56,111 nucleotides of DNA from a virus (taxonomy: Duplodnaviria > Caudoviricetes). Shown one piece after another: positions 21,539-30,723 of this stretch. The stretch covers positions 1 through 56,111 of the IMG/VR virus record IMGVR_UViG_3300027712_000037. One strand, given 5' to 3'. Every line of letters begins with the position of its first letter. Position 1 is the first letter of the stretch. The notes under the pieces were generated by a model. It saw only the letters and a program-made list of their open reading frames with translations, was not told the origin of the DNA and ran no database searches. The translations under genes were made by a program, and so were the position numbers.

Positions 21539-21892
21539 ATGATACTGAAAAGACCTATTTGTAATACTTGCAACAAAAATTATTGTGCCATAAATTACAA
21601 AAGAAATGATATTACCCATTACCGTAGTATATGTGATGGATGTGGGAAGATTAAAACTAAGAAAAGACCTAGAGTTTATAATTGGGAAAAGGCAGGATAT
21701 AAGAAAAAACCCACATGCGATTTATGTGGATTTCGTAGTATATTTTTAACACAAATTACCGTGTTTCATATCGACGGCAATTTAGAAAACACAATGCTAA
21801 GTAATCTTCGTAGTATATGTTTAAATTGTGTTGAAGTTGTAAAGAAAAAAGAAGTTACTTGGAAACGTGGCGACTTACAAGTTGATTATTGA
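21539..21892 (+). CDS. Zn-binding HNH-like protein
   Basis: Four CxxC pairs with HIDGN...NL...CLNC; CATAAATA at 21526-21533 just upstream. Confidence 0.65.
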   Translation: MILKRPICNTCNKNYCAINYKRNDITHYRSICDGCGKIKTKKRPRVYNWEKAGYKKKPTCDLCGFRSIFLTQITVFHIDGNLENTMLSNLRSICLNCVEVVKKKEVTWKRGDLQVDY

Positions 21893-22510
21893 TTCGATTT
21901 TTTTATGAAGATCGTCTATTGTTCCATCATTTGCAATAATATTATCGTACTCTAAGCCAACGCTACTATATTCGCTAGCATGAATACCCAGTTTTTCTAG
22001 ATGGTGCCTACCAACAGCCCAACTATAATTACTATTTTCACCTTTATTAAAATTTATTGCATGTGTATACCATTCAGGATTAGGTCCCCTTTCAACTCTA
22101 ATAGTGATTCCACCGGCATTTTTAATAGCAGCAACTTCATTGGCAAAACGACAATCTGTTATTACAATACTATCAGTAGAGGTTCTTAGTTTATTTTCTA
22201 CTGAAGCCACCCAAATATCCGTGTGAAATGCATCACGACAAACTTCTGTTCCCCAATATTGTAGAATCCATCTAGGGGTAAGATGAGGGATACCTAAACG
22301 TTCTGCCCACCAATGATCAACCTGTTCACGCCATTCTCTACTTGACTTAGTAGTACCCTCTAGCATTTCACGATCCCAATTAAATACCGCTGCTACAGCA
22401 TCTTTTAGAGAAGCGGCAAAACTTAATCTTTTAAAACCATGAAATGTAGTTAGATAATCTGCAATAGTGTCTTTGCCAGAATTTATTAACCCGGTAATTC
22501 CAATGATCAT
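21875..22510 (-). CDS. deoxynucleoside monophosphate kinase (T4 gp1-like)
   Basis: IIGITGLINSGKDT P-loop, SFAASLKD, TPR.ILQYWGTE, ITDCRFANE, HASE. Confidence 0.92.
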   Translation of the reverse strand: MIIGITGLINSGKDTIADYLTTFHGFKRLSFAASLKDAVAAVFNWDREMLEGTTKSSREWREQVDHWWAERLGIPHLTPRWILQYWGTEVCRDAFHTDIWVASVENKLRTSTDSIVITDCRFANEVAAIKNAGGITIRVERGPNPEWYTHAINFNKGENSNYSWAVGRHHLEKLGIHASEYSSVGLEYDNIIANDGTIDDLHKKIESIINL

Positions 22511-22514
22511 GTGG

Positions 22515-22552
22515 TAAGCTCCTGTAAATATATATTATATTACAGGAGCTTA
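22515..22552 (-). promoter_or_regulatory. 13-bp RBS-sequestering hairpin with TATAAT in the loop
   Basis: TAAGCTCCTGTAA-tataatatatat-TTACAGGAGCTTA-ccac-ATG. Confidence 0.75.
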
Positions 22553-22572
22553 ACAAAATAAAGTATTTAGGT

Positions 22573-22986
22573 TCAATAATCTTCTTCTGATTCACCACTC
22601 TCACCATAATGTTCAGATTTAACTGAACCTATATAAGCAGGTATAGTATCATAGCCTAATTTAGCATACGCATTTGCGCGGTGTGTGCCATCAATAATAG
22701 AATTCTGAATTGGGTCAAACACTATGGGAGGCATTGTGTGTTTTGACTTCATTATTTGAGCAATATGGTCTGCTACTAAATCTTCATCTATGTCCCATTC
22801 ATTCAAATTTAATTTAGATAAAGGCAAGTCAACTAATTTATATTGATCAAACCAAAAGATTCTGTCAGATAAATCCCCTTCACCAAAGTCATTATAATTT
22901 CGGTGAATTTTTTTTGCTAATGTATATATGTGGTTAGAGTCAACTATGGGTTGATTACTTTCTCTAAGTAATTCCCCGATTTTCAT
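22573..22986 (-). CDS. ParB/sulfiredoxin-like domain protein
   Basis: MPPIVFD...IIDGTHRANAY..LG...IPA. Confidence 0.75.
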   Translation of the reverse strand: MKIGELLRESNQPIVDSNHIYTLAKKIHRNYNDFGEGDLSDRIFWFDQYKLVDLPLSKLNLNEWDIDEDLVADHIAQIMKSKHTMPPIVFDPIQNSIIDGTHRANAYAKLGYDTIPAYIGSVKSEHYGESGESEEDY

Positions 22987-22987
22987 T

Positions 22988-23773
22988 TTAACCTTGAATC
23001 CAAGTCAATGGTTGAGAATAGTCTTGATACTTTCTTAAATCATCTAACAGTGCTTCTTGCAATGCTTTGGATTCAGCTTTCATCGCTGTACCATTCAAGG
23101 TAGATCCTCCTCCTGGACCTGCAATACTGCCAAATTTTTCACGGGCTTCACCAATAATGCCCTTCAATGTTGCAAGGGTAAAGTCACCTATCCAAACTCC
23201 AGCACCTGGATCTTGTAATAAAACTTCGACGGGCCGTTGTACATCAGCCCAAACTAATATGCGTTCTCCGGTGCCCTTAAAGTCTCTAACTACTCTAAGT
23301 ACTTTAGTTACTGGGTCAAATGTATAATTAACATAGCCTCCAAACATTCTTGCTGCCAATTCTACATAACCTGCATAAAAATCATATGTTGCCATACCTC
23401 CGGTATAGTTATAATTTAACAAGTAAGTATTAAGAATAGCGCTTGAAAAGGGATCAAATGATGAAGAACTAGGACCTGTTTCGAGTCCCACGGTTCTACG
23501 AAATAATGCCCTTACATTTATAAATTCTTGAGGTAATGTATAAGTATCAACATTTTGAATAACTGTCATTAATGTATACGATTCAGCAGTGGCATTTTGT
23601 GCCCGTTGACGGTATAGTTTAATAGTATAATTTAATGCGGCTTCATAATGTTGAGGATCTAATTCAATGTCTATAATACCATCACCCAATCTTAATCTTA
23701 GGTTAGTGAATAGTGCTTCTTTTAATTCATCTAAATTTAGATTAGTAGGTGTCGATAGTATATTTGCAGTCAT
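22988..23773 (-). CDS. neck protein (T4 gp13-like head-tail adaptor)
   Basis: RLGDGIIDIELDPQH...K...GEAREKF..I.GPGG..TLNG..M. Confidence 0.85.
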   Translation of the reverse strand: MTANILSTPTNLNLDELKEALFTNLRLRLGDGIIDIELDPQHYEAALNYTIKLYRQRAQNATAESYTLMTVIQNVDTYTLPQEFINVRALFRRTVGLETGPSSSSFDPFSSAILNTYLLNYNYTGGMATYDFYAGYVELAARMFGGYVNYTFDPVTKVLRVVRDFKGTGERILVWADVQRPVEVLLQDPGAGVWIGDFTLATLKGIIGEAREKFGSIAGPGGGSTLNGTAMKAESKALQEALLDDLRKYQDYSQPLTWIQG

Positions 23774-23777
23774 TTTT

Positions 23778-23810
23778 GTAATCCTGATATATGTTATTTA
23801 TCAGGATTAC
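23778..23810 (-). promoter_or_regulatory. late promoter inside a 12-bp RBS-sequestering hairpin
   Basis: GTAATCCTGATA-aataacata-TATCAGGATTAC-aaaa-ATG; GATAAATA spans the 5' arm and loop. Confidence 0.8.
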
Positions 23811-24247
23811 AAGTCATTCTCTTTTCTATTTTCACTATGAGTTACATCAAATACACCGCCGGGATACCTACTCATTAATTTGTCAACATTACCTTCAATT
23901 ACCTTGTTAGGATCAAGTCCAAGTGCTCTACATGTATTAATCCAATACCACATAATATCACCTAATTCACGCTCCATGTGAAATAGATTTTCTTTAGTTA
24001 AAGGTTTACCTTGAAAAAGCATTTTCTTTACTATTTCATTAAATTCACCGCACTCAGAACTAAGTCCTAGCGCCCCTGTAATTAGCAAAGGCATATTAAC
24101 CGTAGGACCATATTCTTCTATAGAATCATCATGATTATCTGATAACTGATCTAGTCTATTAATAAAGTCAGTCAAATAATTACTAGGTCTACTAGTGATT
24201 GCCTCTACAAAATCTTTGTATTTGTTTAAATCAATTTGTTGTGTCAT
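23807..24247 (-). CDS. MazG-like NTP pyrophosphohydrolase
   Basis: LGLSSECGEFNEIVKK...ELGDIMWY...NVDKL..RYP. Confidence 0.9.
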   Translation of the reverse strand: MTQQIDLNKYKDFVEAITSRPSNYLTDFINRLDQLSDNHDDSIEEYGPTVNMPLLITGALGLSSECGEFNEIVKKMLFQGKPLTKENLFHMERELGDIMWYWINTCRALGLDPNKVIEGNVDKLMSRYPGGVFDVTHSENRKENDL

Positions 24248-24260
24248 TTTAGTTCCTTAT

Positions 24261-25019
24261 TTATGGGAGTGTTAGCAGGTTATTTTTAGTAATATACTCA
24301 AAAAGGTGCTCTGCATAAAGTTGATGCGGTACCTCGTCATGATGAAAATATTTTGCTTTTGTGTTTTTGTATCCTAAATTAGCATACTTGAAATAAAACG
24401 ATTCAGCATTATTATCAAATTCTAAGAATCGTTTACGGTCGATCTGATCCTTATACCATTTCAACGTATCATGCTCTTGTGTAAACATTTGTAATGTATT
24501 GACAAACAAATACTTGACCTTGTGCATCTTTAAGAAATATTGAAGTTGCAACACATACGTTACACTTAGAATTTCTAGGTACAACTCGTTGTCAGCCATG
24601 AACCTATGATAGCCTTCAATAAAATCTTGTTCTTTAGATCCATTTCCTTTGTAACCCATATTGATTCTAATGTAGTCATCGTGTGTAGGGCTATACCAGT
24701 CAGCATATTTGTCCCATTCTTTATTATACCATGTCTTTTGATAGAATGGTACTTCCATTCTTATGCCGTCAGCCCAACCCACAATCACATATACATCACC
24801 ATCGGTAGTATAATTGTGATTAAACCAATCTAAAACGCTCCTAACTATTCCTCCATTTGAAGATCCTGAGATAGCGATATTCACTGGTTCATATCCTAGC
24901 TTTTGTGCCAATAGATTACCAAAACTATGTTGACGGTTATATGGGCTATCACATGAACCATCAATTTCAGATCCTGCAGGATCACTTCCACCTGCAATTA
25001 ACATTATTTTTTTACTCAT
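24261..25019 (-). CDS. SGNH-like hydrolase-fold protein
   Basis: IAGGSDPAG, NIAISGSSN..I, VIVGW..R.E, C-terminal FHHDE..H..YA. Confidence 0.65.
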   Translation of the reverse strand: MSKKIMLIAGGSDPAGSEIDGSCDSPYNRQHSFGNLLAQKLGYEPVNIAISGSSNGGIVRSVLDWFNHNYTTDGDVYVIVGWADGIRMEVPFYQKTWYNKEWDKYADWYSPTHDDYIRINMGYKGNGSKEQDFIEGYHRFMADNELYLEILSVTYVLQLQYFLKMHKVKYLFVNTLQMFTQEHDTLKWYKDQIDRKRFLEFDNNAESFYFKYANLGYKNTKAKYFHHDEVPHQLYAEHLFEYITKNNLLTLP

Positions 25020-25605
25020 TAATTATCCTCAATTTTTCTAGAACAGATTCATATACGATTTTATTTCCAATATCAGTATAGTGATTTACCAAACCTCTAT
25101 GTTTTAGAAATATATCCTTAAAATTTACAAAGTTCTTAAACTTATACAGATTCTTCCAATCAATGTGCGAAATGTGCAATGTCTTTATTGTACAATATTC
25201 CTCAATTTCTTGTAGAAGTAAATTATGCATGTGTTCTGCATATTCAACATCAAAATACTTTTCAAAGTATTCTATAATCGGGTTTAATTCAGGGAAATTG
25301 GGCAAATGTTCTAAAACATCACTATATAACAAACAACTATTTTTATGTAACTTATCCTCATAATGCACGGGGTGTTCATTTACATATAAGCGAAAAGGAC
25401 TGGTGTGTGACACTAGCACTAACTCAAATTTATTTATGTCTATGGACTGTAATTGCTTTAGAATTTTGTATTCGCTACAACCTGCTTGAGAAAGATTAGT
25501 TATTTTATAATCTTTCTCAAGTAAATTGACCCAACCCCTTTCTGTATATTTAATCGTCCAATCAGCAGCAAAACTATCACCACAAATTAAAAGTTTAGTC
25601 ATCAA
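25012..25605 (-). CDS. SGNH-like hydrolase-fold protein
   Basis: ICGDSF...W..LL...NLSQAGCS...NHY...GN. Confidence 0.7.
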   Translation of the reverse strand: MMTKLLICGDSFAADWTIKYTERGWVNLLEKDYKITNLSQAGCSEYKILKQLQSIDINKFELVLVSHTSPFRLYVNEHPVHYEDKLHKNSCLLYSDVLEHLPNFPELNPIIEYFEKYFDVEYAEHMHNLLLQEIEEYCTIKTLHISHIDWKNLYKFKNFVNFKDIFLKHRGLVNHYTDIGNKIVYESVLEKLRIINE

Positions 25606-26801
25606 AATGCTTTTAATATAATCATATGTTCATTAAACCTTCCTGTAGGGGTAACAGACACTGCTTTAATTTCTTTAAAATATTTACGAGCAGCTGGCTT
25701 GCTACCCATAATTTCTTTAATTTGCTCTGCTGGCTTACGCAGTGTTTTACACTCACTTTGAGTAGTATCAAACCCTAATAAAGTATTACCTTTAACAGTA
25801 AAGTATTTACTATATTCATCGGCAACATAATGATGCAGTTTACGCCTTGAAGTATCGTATACCCAAGCTTCACTTGCGCCATGTAATTTAGTTGGATGTA
25901 AACTTGTTAAATTAAGTTTAGCAGCCGCGTCTACAAATTCACGCAAATATTTTAGTTTAGATACTTGCTTTTCAACTGGAACTGCTTTATGCTTGCGAGG
26001 AGCTTTATTAACTTTTTTAACGGTAACATAACTACCGATTTCGCTAAGAACTAATTCAATAAACTTAATAATATTTTTGACTTGTTGTTTACTCAACTGC
26101 ATGTAACCTTGTACAAGTTGGTCATCTTTACCTTCTTGTACCTCGGTAAACTCAATGAGTTTTTTATTCCAAGTTTCAACCATGAAACTAACATGCTGGG
26201 GCAATACATTCTTTTTAGCCAATTCATCAATTGGACGATATGTATGCTTAGTAAGCGCACCTGCACTAATGAAATCATCTAGCAAGCCTTCCAATTCACC
26301 TGCGGCTTCGCTAGCCTTTTCCCGCATGATTTCTTGTACGTTGGGCCTATTTACAACAGGTGCTTCAGACTTGACTGGACCACCTGTACGACTAGCCTCT
26401 TTGACTTCGGGTTTGTAAATGGTATTCAACAACCTACCGATTTCATTCTCCAAGGTCTGTTTTTCATATTCTACTAATACTAGACCACGGAGAGTCATAC
26501 GAGACAACCACCCAATCGTTGGGATGATTTCATTGTCAGCAACACGCCTAATAGTTTTGGCTTCGGTAGTTTTGGTATTCAAGTCTAGGTACTGTGCCAA
26601 AAATTCTTTGGCGTCTTTCTTGTTATAAAATTTATTGTACCAATTGAATGCTCGGGCTAATGCTATCCCGCGATTCTCCTCAGTAGGCTGAATCAGGAAT
26701 GAGGGCTCTTCACCAAAATATTTGGCATCCTCATCTTTGGGGGTAAGACTACGGACCAACCCAGCTTCTTCTACAACTTTTTTGCTAGCTTTCCTAACCA
26801 T
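25602..26801 (-). CDS. hypothetical early protein
   Basis: About 400-aa ORF; AGGAG RBS 5 nt before ATG 26801; near-consensus sigma70 promoter upstream. Confidence 0.75.
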   Translation of the reverse strand: MVRKASKKVVEEAGLVRSLTPKDEDAKYFGEEPSFLIQPTEENRGIALARAFNWYNKFYNKKDAKEFLAQYLDLNTKTTEAKTIRRVADNEIIPTIGWLSRMTLRGLVLVEYEKQTLENEIGRLLNTIYKPEVKEASRTGGPVKSEAPVVNRPNVQEIMREKASEAAGELEGLLDDFISAGALTKHTYRPIDELAKKNVLPQHVSFMVETWNKKLIEFTEVQEGKDDQLVQGYMQLSKQQVKNIIKFIELVLSEIGSYVTVKKVNKAPRKHKAVPVEKQVSKLKYLREFVDAAAKLNLTSLHPTKLHGASEAWVYDTSRRKLHHYVADEYSKYFTVKGNTLLGFDTTQSECKTLRKPAEQIKEIMGSKPAARKYFKEIKAVSVTPTGRFNEHMIILKAF

Positions 26802-26831
26802 GATCACTCCTATTCAACTATCTATATATCA

Positions 26832-26860
26832 ATGATACACGATCTTCCATTTATTGTCAA
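26832..26860 (-). promoter_or_regulatory. near-consensus sigma70 (early) promoter
   Basis: TTGACA-17 nt-TATCAT, back-to-back with the + strand late promoter. Confidence 0.8.
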
Positions 26861-26871
26861 GCCGTGTGCGT

Positions 26872-26879
26872 GATAAATA
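26872..26879 (+). promoter_or_regulatory. T4-type late promoter
   Basis: GATAAATA 5 nt before ATG 26885; the same core recurs before most structural genes. Confidence 0.75.
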
Positions 26880-26884
26880 CATAT

Positions 26885-28576
26885 ATGCCAAAACTTAGCC
26901 TCTACCGTTCCAATAAACAAAATGACTATAGGTTTTTAGATAGAACTATATCGGAAATGTTAACTGTTGGTGGGACCGATTTATACATACATAAATATTT
27001 AGGTCCAACTAATCAAGGCGATAGTGTTGATTATACTCAACCTGATTATTCTACATTAAATCCCACTAATATACAAGATTTATTGTTTTTAGAAAACCGC
27101 GATAGAACATACGATACTAATATATATCGTTTGCGCGGACATTATAATGTGCAAAACTTGGATTTTGATTTAAGTCAATTTGGATTGTTTTTGAATAATG
27201 ACATTATCTTTATTACAGTACATTACAATGACATGATTGAACTTATAGGTAGAAAGTTAATGGTAGGTGATGTATTAGAATTACCGCATTTACTTGATTA
27301 TAATCCATTAAAAGAAACAATACCTGTAGCATTAAAAAGATTTTATCAGATAACTGATTCCAATTATGCTAGTGAGGGATTTTCTGTAACATGGTATCCT
27401 CATTTATGGCGTATTAAATGTGAACCGTTAGTAGATAGTCAAGAATTTAGTCAAATACTTCAAGAGCCTATTAATCAAGATAATTACTTAGGTTTGTGGG
27501 ATAAGGATAAAACTTATCCATCCGGCTATATAATTAGTTATGGCGATAAAAATTATGAATCGATCACTAATGTTCCTGCTGGAATTTATCCACCAAACCC
27601 AACATATTGGAAATTGTCGTCTGAGCAAAACCTTAAAGATATACTTGCTACATACAATAAGAATTTAGACATTAATAATGCTGCATTACAAGAAGCTGCT
27701 AGAATTGTTCCCTTAGCAGGTTATAACCGTAGTAGTTTATATATTTCACCTACATATGGGGAATACGAATCAAACGGTGTATTATCAGGGAAAAATGATC
27801 AGCCCTCTCCACCTACTAATTTGGTTACTAGTTCAAGCGGAGGACCTACTACTGGCACAGTAGCAATGATTCGTAATCCTAATTACAAAATTGCAAACCC
27901 TGTAGTCAAAATATCTAAACAAGCATTGCAAAGTATATGGGATGTAACAGTAGATGCTATAAATGTTTCTACTCAAATTAATTTAGAAGTACTACAATTA
28001 GCACCAAAAAGAATAGGTAATAATTCAGGACAGGTTGAAGGCGATATGATTCTTTCTGTAGAATCTACAGGACCAATAACCGGTCCATATGGCACTTCAG
28101 ACAATACATATGCAACCGGTGATCAAAACCCAGTAGCACCTGGATTTACTGGTACTGTTACTCAACAAATGGATTACCGTGCTGATTGTGATCCTGCATT
28201 TCAATATATTGCTAGATCAAGTCCTAGAACATTTGGTTATAGTGCGGGTTATCTAACAGGTACCGCTGTACCACCAAACGGATATCCAGTTGGAACAGGT
28301 ATATCATTCCCACAAAATCCACAAGTAGGTGATTATTTCTTAAGAATCGATTATCTACCTCAATTACTATATAGATGGAATGGTAAATTATGGATAAGAA
28401 TTTCTGAAAATGTTAGAACCGATACCGGATTTACTGCTGAAGATAGGTCTTTATTATCTGGATTCATCAATGATTCAAATGTAACAAGATTAACTAACGG
28501 TACAGTTATTCCTGAAGCACAACCGCTATCTTCAATACTGCAACCACCACTAGATCCTATTCCACCGATTACATAA
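26885..28576 (+). CDS. neck/head-closure protein (T4 gp14-like), extended
   Basis: MPKLSLYR...NDY.F.D..I.E...GG..YIHKY...DLSQFGLFL..D...GDV.ELPH; upstream of the gp15-like gene. Confidence 0.7.
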   Translation: MPKLSLYRSNKQNDYRFLDRTISEMLTVGGTDLYIHKYLGPTNQGDSVDYTQPDYSTLNPTNIQDLLFLENRDRTYDTNIYRLRGHYNVQNLDFDLSQFGLFLNNDIIFITVHYNDMIELIGRKLMVGDVLELPHLLDYNPLKETIPVALKRFYQITDSNYASEGFSVTWYPHLWRIKCEPLVDSQEFSQILQEPINQDNYLGLWDKDKTYPSGYIISYGDKNYESITNVPAGIYPPNPTYWKLSSEQNLKDILATYNKNLDINNAALQEAARIVPLAGYNRSSLYISPTYGEYESNGVLSGKNDQPSPPTNLVTSSSGGPTTGTVAMIRNPNYKIANPVVKISKQALQSIWDVTVDAINVSTQINLEVLQLAPKRIGNNSGQVEGDMILSVESTGPITGPYGTSDNTYATGDQNPVAPGFTGTVTQQMDYRADCDPAFQYIARSSPRTFGYSAGYLTGTAVPPNGYPVGTGISFPQNPQVGDYFLRIDYLPQLLYRWNGKLWIRISENVRTDTGFTAEDRSLLSGFINDSNVTRLTNGTVIPEAQPLSSILQPPLDPIPPIT

Positions 28577-28591
28577 AAAAAGGTAATTCAA

Positions 28592-29959
28592 TTGGCACAA
28601 TTTTTTTACGATAACCAAATTCGCAGATTTTTAATTCAATTTGCAAAAATATTTTCCAATTGGTATGTGACTAAAGGTAAAGATCCGGCTGGTAATACAA
28701 TATATGTAAGAGTTCCTATCATGTACGGTGATAGTAGTAGACAGGCTGCTACCATAATTGCTAATAACTCGGCTAGTAATTTGCCATCAGCACCTTTAAT
28801 AACCTATTACATAAGTGGATTAGAGTATAATCAAAGTAGAACTCAGAATCCCTCATTTGTTGAAAAAACTCAAATTCGACAACGGGCATATAATTCTGAT
28901 TCACAATCATATGAAACTACACAAGGTCAAGCATTTACTGTTGAAAGACTAATGCCAGTGCCTTATACATTAAGAGTCACTGTAGATTTTTGGACTACGA
29001 ACTATAATCAAAAACTAGAAATTATTGAACAATTAGGAACTCTTTTTAATCCTGGACTAGAAATTCAAAGTACAGATAACTTCTTAGATTGGACTTCTTT
29101 AAGTGTAGTATATCAAGACGGATTAACATTTACTAGCCGTAGTATACCACAGGGTACAGGAAATCCAATTGATGTTATGACTTGGAAATTCTATATGCCT
29201 ATATGGTTAAGCACATCAAGTAAGCTTAAGAAAATGGGAGTTATTCAAAAAATTATCTATAGTATTTTTAAAGGACATGCCCTACAAGATATACAAGATG
29301 ATGATTTATTATTAGGTACTAGACAAAAAATTAGTCCATATGGATATCAAGTTTTGTTATTAGGTAATACACTACAACTACTACCGGCAAATCAACCGTT
29401 TCAACCACCCAATGATTCATTTGATATTCCTGAACCCCCAAATACTTCGCTATACTGGACTGCATACTTAAATGCATATGGCGTAATTAAACCAGGAATC
29501 TCACAAATATGGTTGCAAAATCCATATATGGATACAGAGATAGTGGGAACAATTGTCCCTGATCCGCTAGATGACAGATTCTTAATTTATAATATAGATC
29601 CAGATTCACTACCGCAAAATACTTTAGATCCTATAACTAGTATAATTAATCCACAATTGACTGGCCCTAATGCAGGATTGCCGGGACCTGTTAATGGCAG
29701 AAGATATTTAATCGTAGAAAGTATAGGAGGAGATTCTCCTACTGTATCATGGGGAAGTTTAAAAGCCAATGCCAATGATATAATACAATTCAACGGTAGT
29801 TTAGGGATATGGCAGGTTGTATTTAATTCTGAAAATACTGCTACCACTGAGTATGTTACTAATTTGACTACTAATATTCAATACCGTTGGACAGATGGTA
29901 ATTGGGTAAAATCAGTTGACGGTTGGTATAATGAAGGTGACTATAGTATTGTAATCTAA
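28592..29959 (+). CDS. tail sheath stabiliser/terminator (T4 gp15-like)
   Basis: FFYD.QIRR...F...F...VPIMYG...PVPY.L....W......LEIIEQ...LFNP; TTG start. Confidence 0.85.
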   Translation: MAQFFYDNQIRRFLIQFAKIFSNWYVTKGKDPAGNTIYVRVPIMYGDSSRQAATIIANNSASNLPSAPLITYYISGLEYNQSRTQNPSFVEKTQIRQRAYNSDSQSYETTQGQAFTVERLMPVPYTLRVTVDFWTTNYNQKLEIIEQLGTLFNPGLEIQSTDNFLDWTSLSVVYQDGLTFTSRSIPQGTGNPIDVMTWKFYMPIWLSTSSKLKKMGVIQKIIYSIFKGHALQDIQDDDLLLGTRQKISPYGYQVLLLGNTLQLLPANQPFQPPNDSFDIPEPPNTSLYWTAYLNAYGVIKPGISQIWLQNPYMDTEIVGTIVPDPLDDRFLIYNIDPDSLPQNTLDPITSIINPQLTGPNAGLPGPVNGRRYLIVESIGGDSPTVSWGSLKANANDIIQFNGSLGIWQVVFNSENTATTEYVTNLTTNIQYRWTDGNWVKSVDGWYNEGDYSIVI

Positions 29960-29977
29960 TATATTATATGATATAAT
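29949..29977 (+). promoter_or_regulatory. sigma70-type promoter giving a leaderless NUDIX transcript
   Basis: TTGTAA-17 nt-TATAAT with TGn extension; ATG 6 nt downstream. Confidence 0.7.
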
Positions 29978-29983
29978 TTCCAA

Positions 29984-30400
29984 ATGAACAATGTGTCGGC
30001 TGGAATATTCTTTTACAGTAAAAACTCTAAACGGTTTTTATATCTACTTAGAACTGATGCGAAAAACCCCGGTAATTGGGGTATACCGGGTGGCAAAATA
30101 GAAAATGATGAAACTTTATTAGATGGTTTACAACGAGAATGTGTGGAAGAAATTGGATATTGGCCTGATAGTCCTAAATTAGTCCCTATTCAAAAATTTG
30201 TTAACAATACCTTTACATATCATACCTTTTTTTCTCAAATAGAAAAAGAATTTATACCAATTCTAAATAAAGAACATTGTGGATATGCTTGGGTAGGTGA
30301 AAGTCAATATCCCAAACCATTACATCCTGGATTGTTTAGTACAGTAAATTTTGATGTTGTGCAGAAAAAGTTAAAGACGTTAATAAAAAAGGGACTATAA
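29984..30400 (+). CDS. NUDIX hydrolase
   Basis: Nudix box WGIPGGKIENDETLLDGLQRECVEEIG. Confidence 0.92.
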   Translation: MNNVSAGIFFYSKNSKRFLYLLRTDAKNPGNWGIPGGKIENDETLLDGLQRECVEEIGYWPDSPKLVPIQKFVNNTFTYHTFFSQIEKEFIPILNKEHCGYAWVGESQYPKPLHPGLFSTVNFDVVQKKLKTLIKKGL

Positions 30401-30411
30401 GTCCCTTTTTT
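30385..30411. terminator. bidirectional intrinsic terminator
   Basis: AAAAAAGGGACT-ATA-AGTCCCTTTTTT between convergent genes. Confidence 0.88.
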
Positions 30412-30721
30412 ATTTTAACAATTTTGCTACTGTATCGAATCCCATAGAGCCGACAACTATACCTGCCCCCATTAACATCCAACGCCACTTTTCTAATGCA
30501 CTAATCTTATCAGTTAATAACTTATGAGAAGTATCATTAGATAGTTGTAGTTCCTTGATTAGTTTGTGAGTTTCTTCCGCATTTTTGTCAAGGCATTCAT
30601 GCACTTCCTTCAAGTCATCTTTTAATTCATTGATTTTTGTTTCAATGTTATTAACTTGAACTTGAAGGACAGCAATATCAGTATCTGATGTATTAACGGA
30701 TAATGCTCTGGTGTTTGCCAT
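30410..30721 (-). CDS. coiled-coil protein with C-terminal hydrophobic helix (holin/XhlA-like?)
   Basis: Heptad-rich N-terminal part, then LEKWRWMLMGAGIVVG. Confidence 0.5.
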   Translation of the reverse strand: MANTRALSVNTSDTDIAVLQVQVNNIETKINELKDDLKEVHECLDKNAEETHKLIKELQLSNDTSHKLLTDKISALEKWRWMLMGAGIVVGSMGFDTVAKLLK

Positions 30722-30723
30722 GA

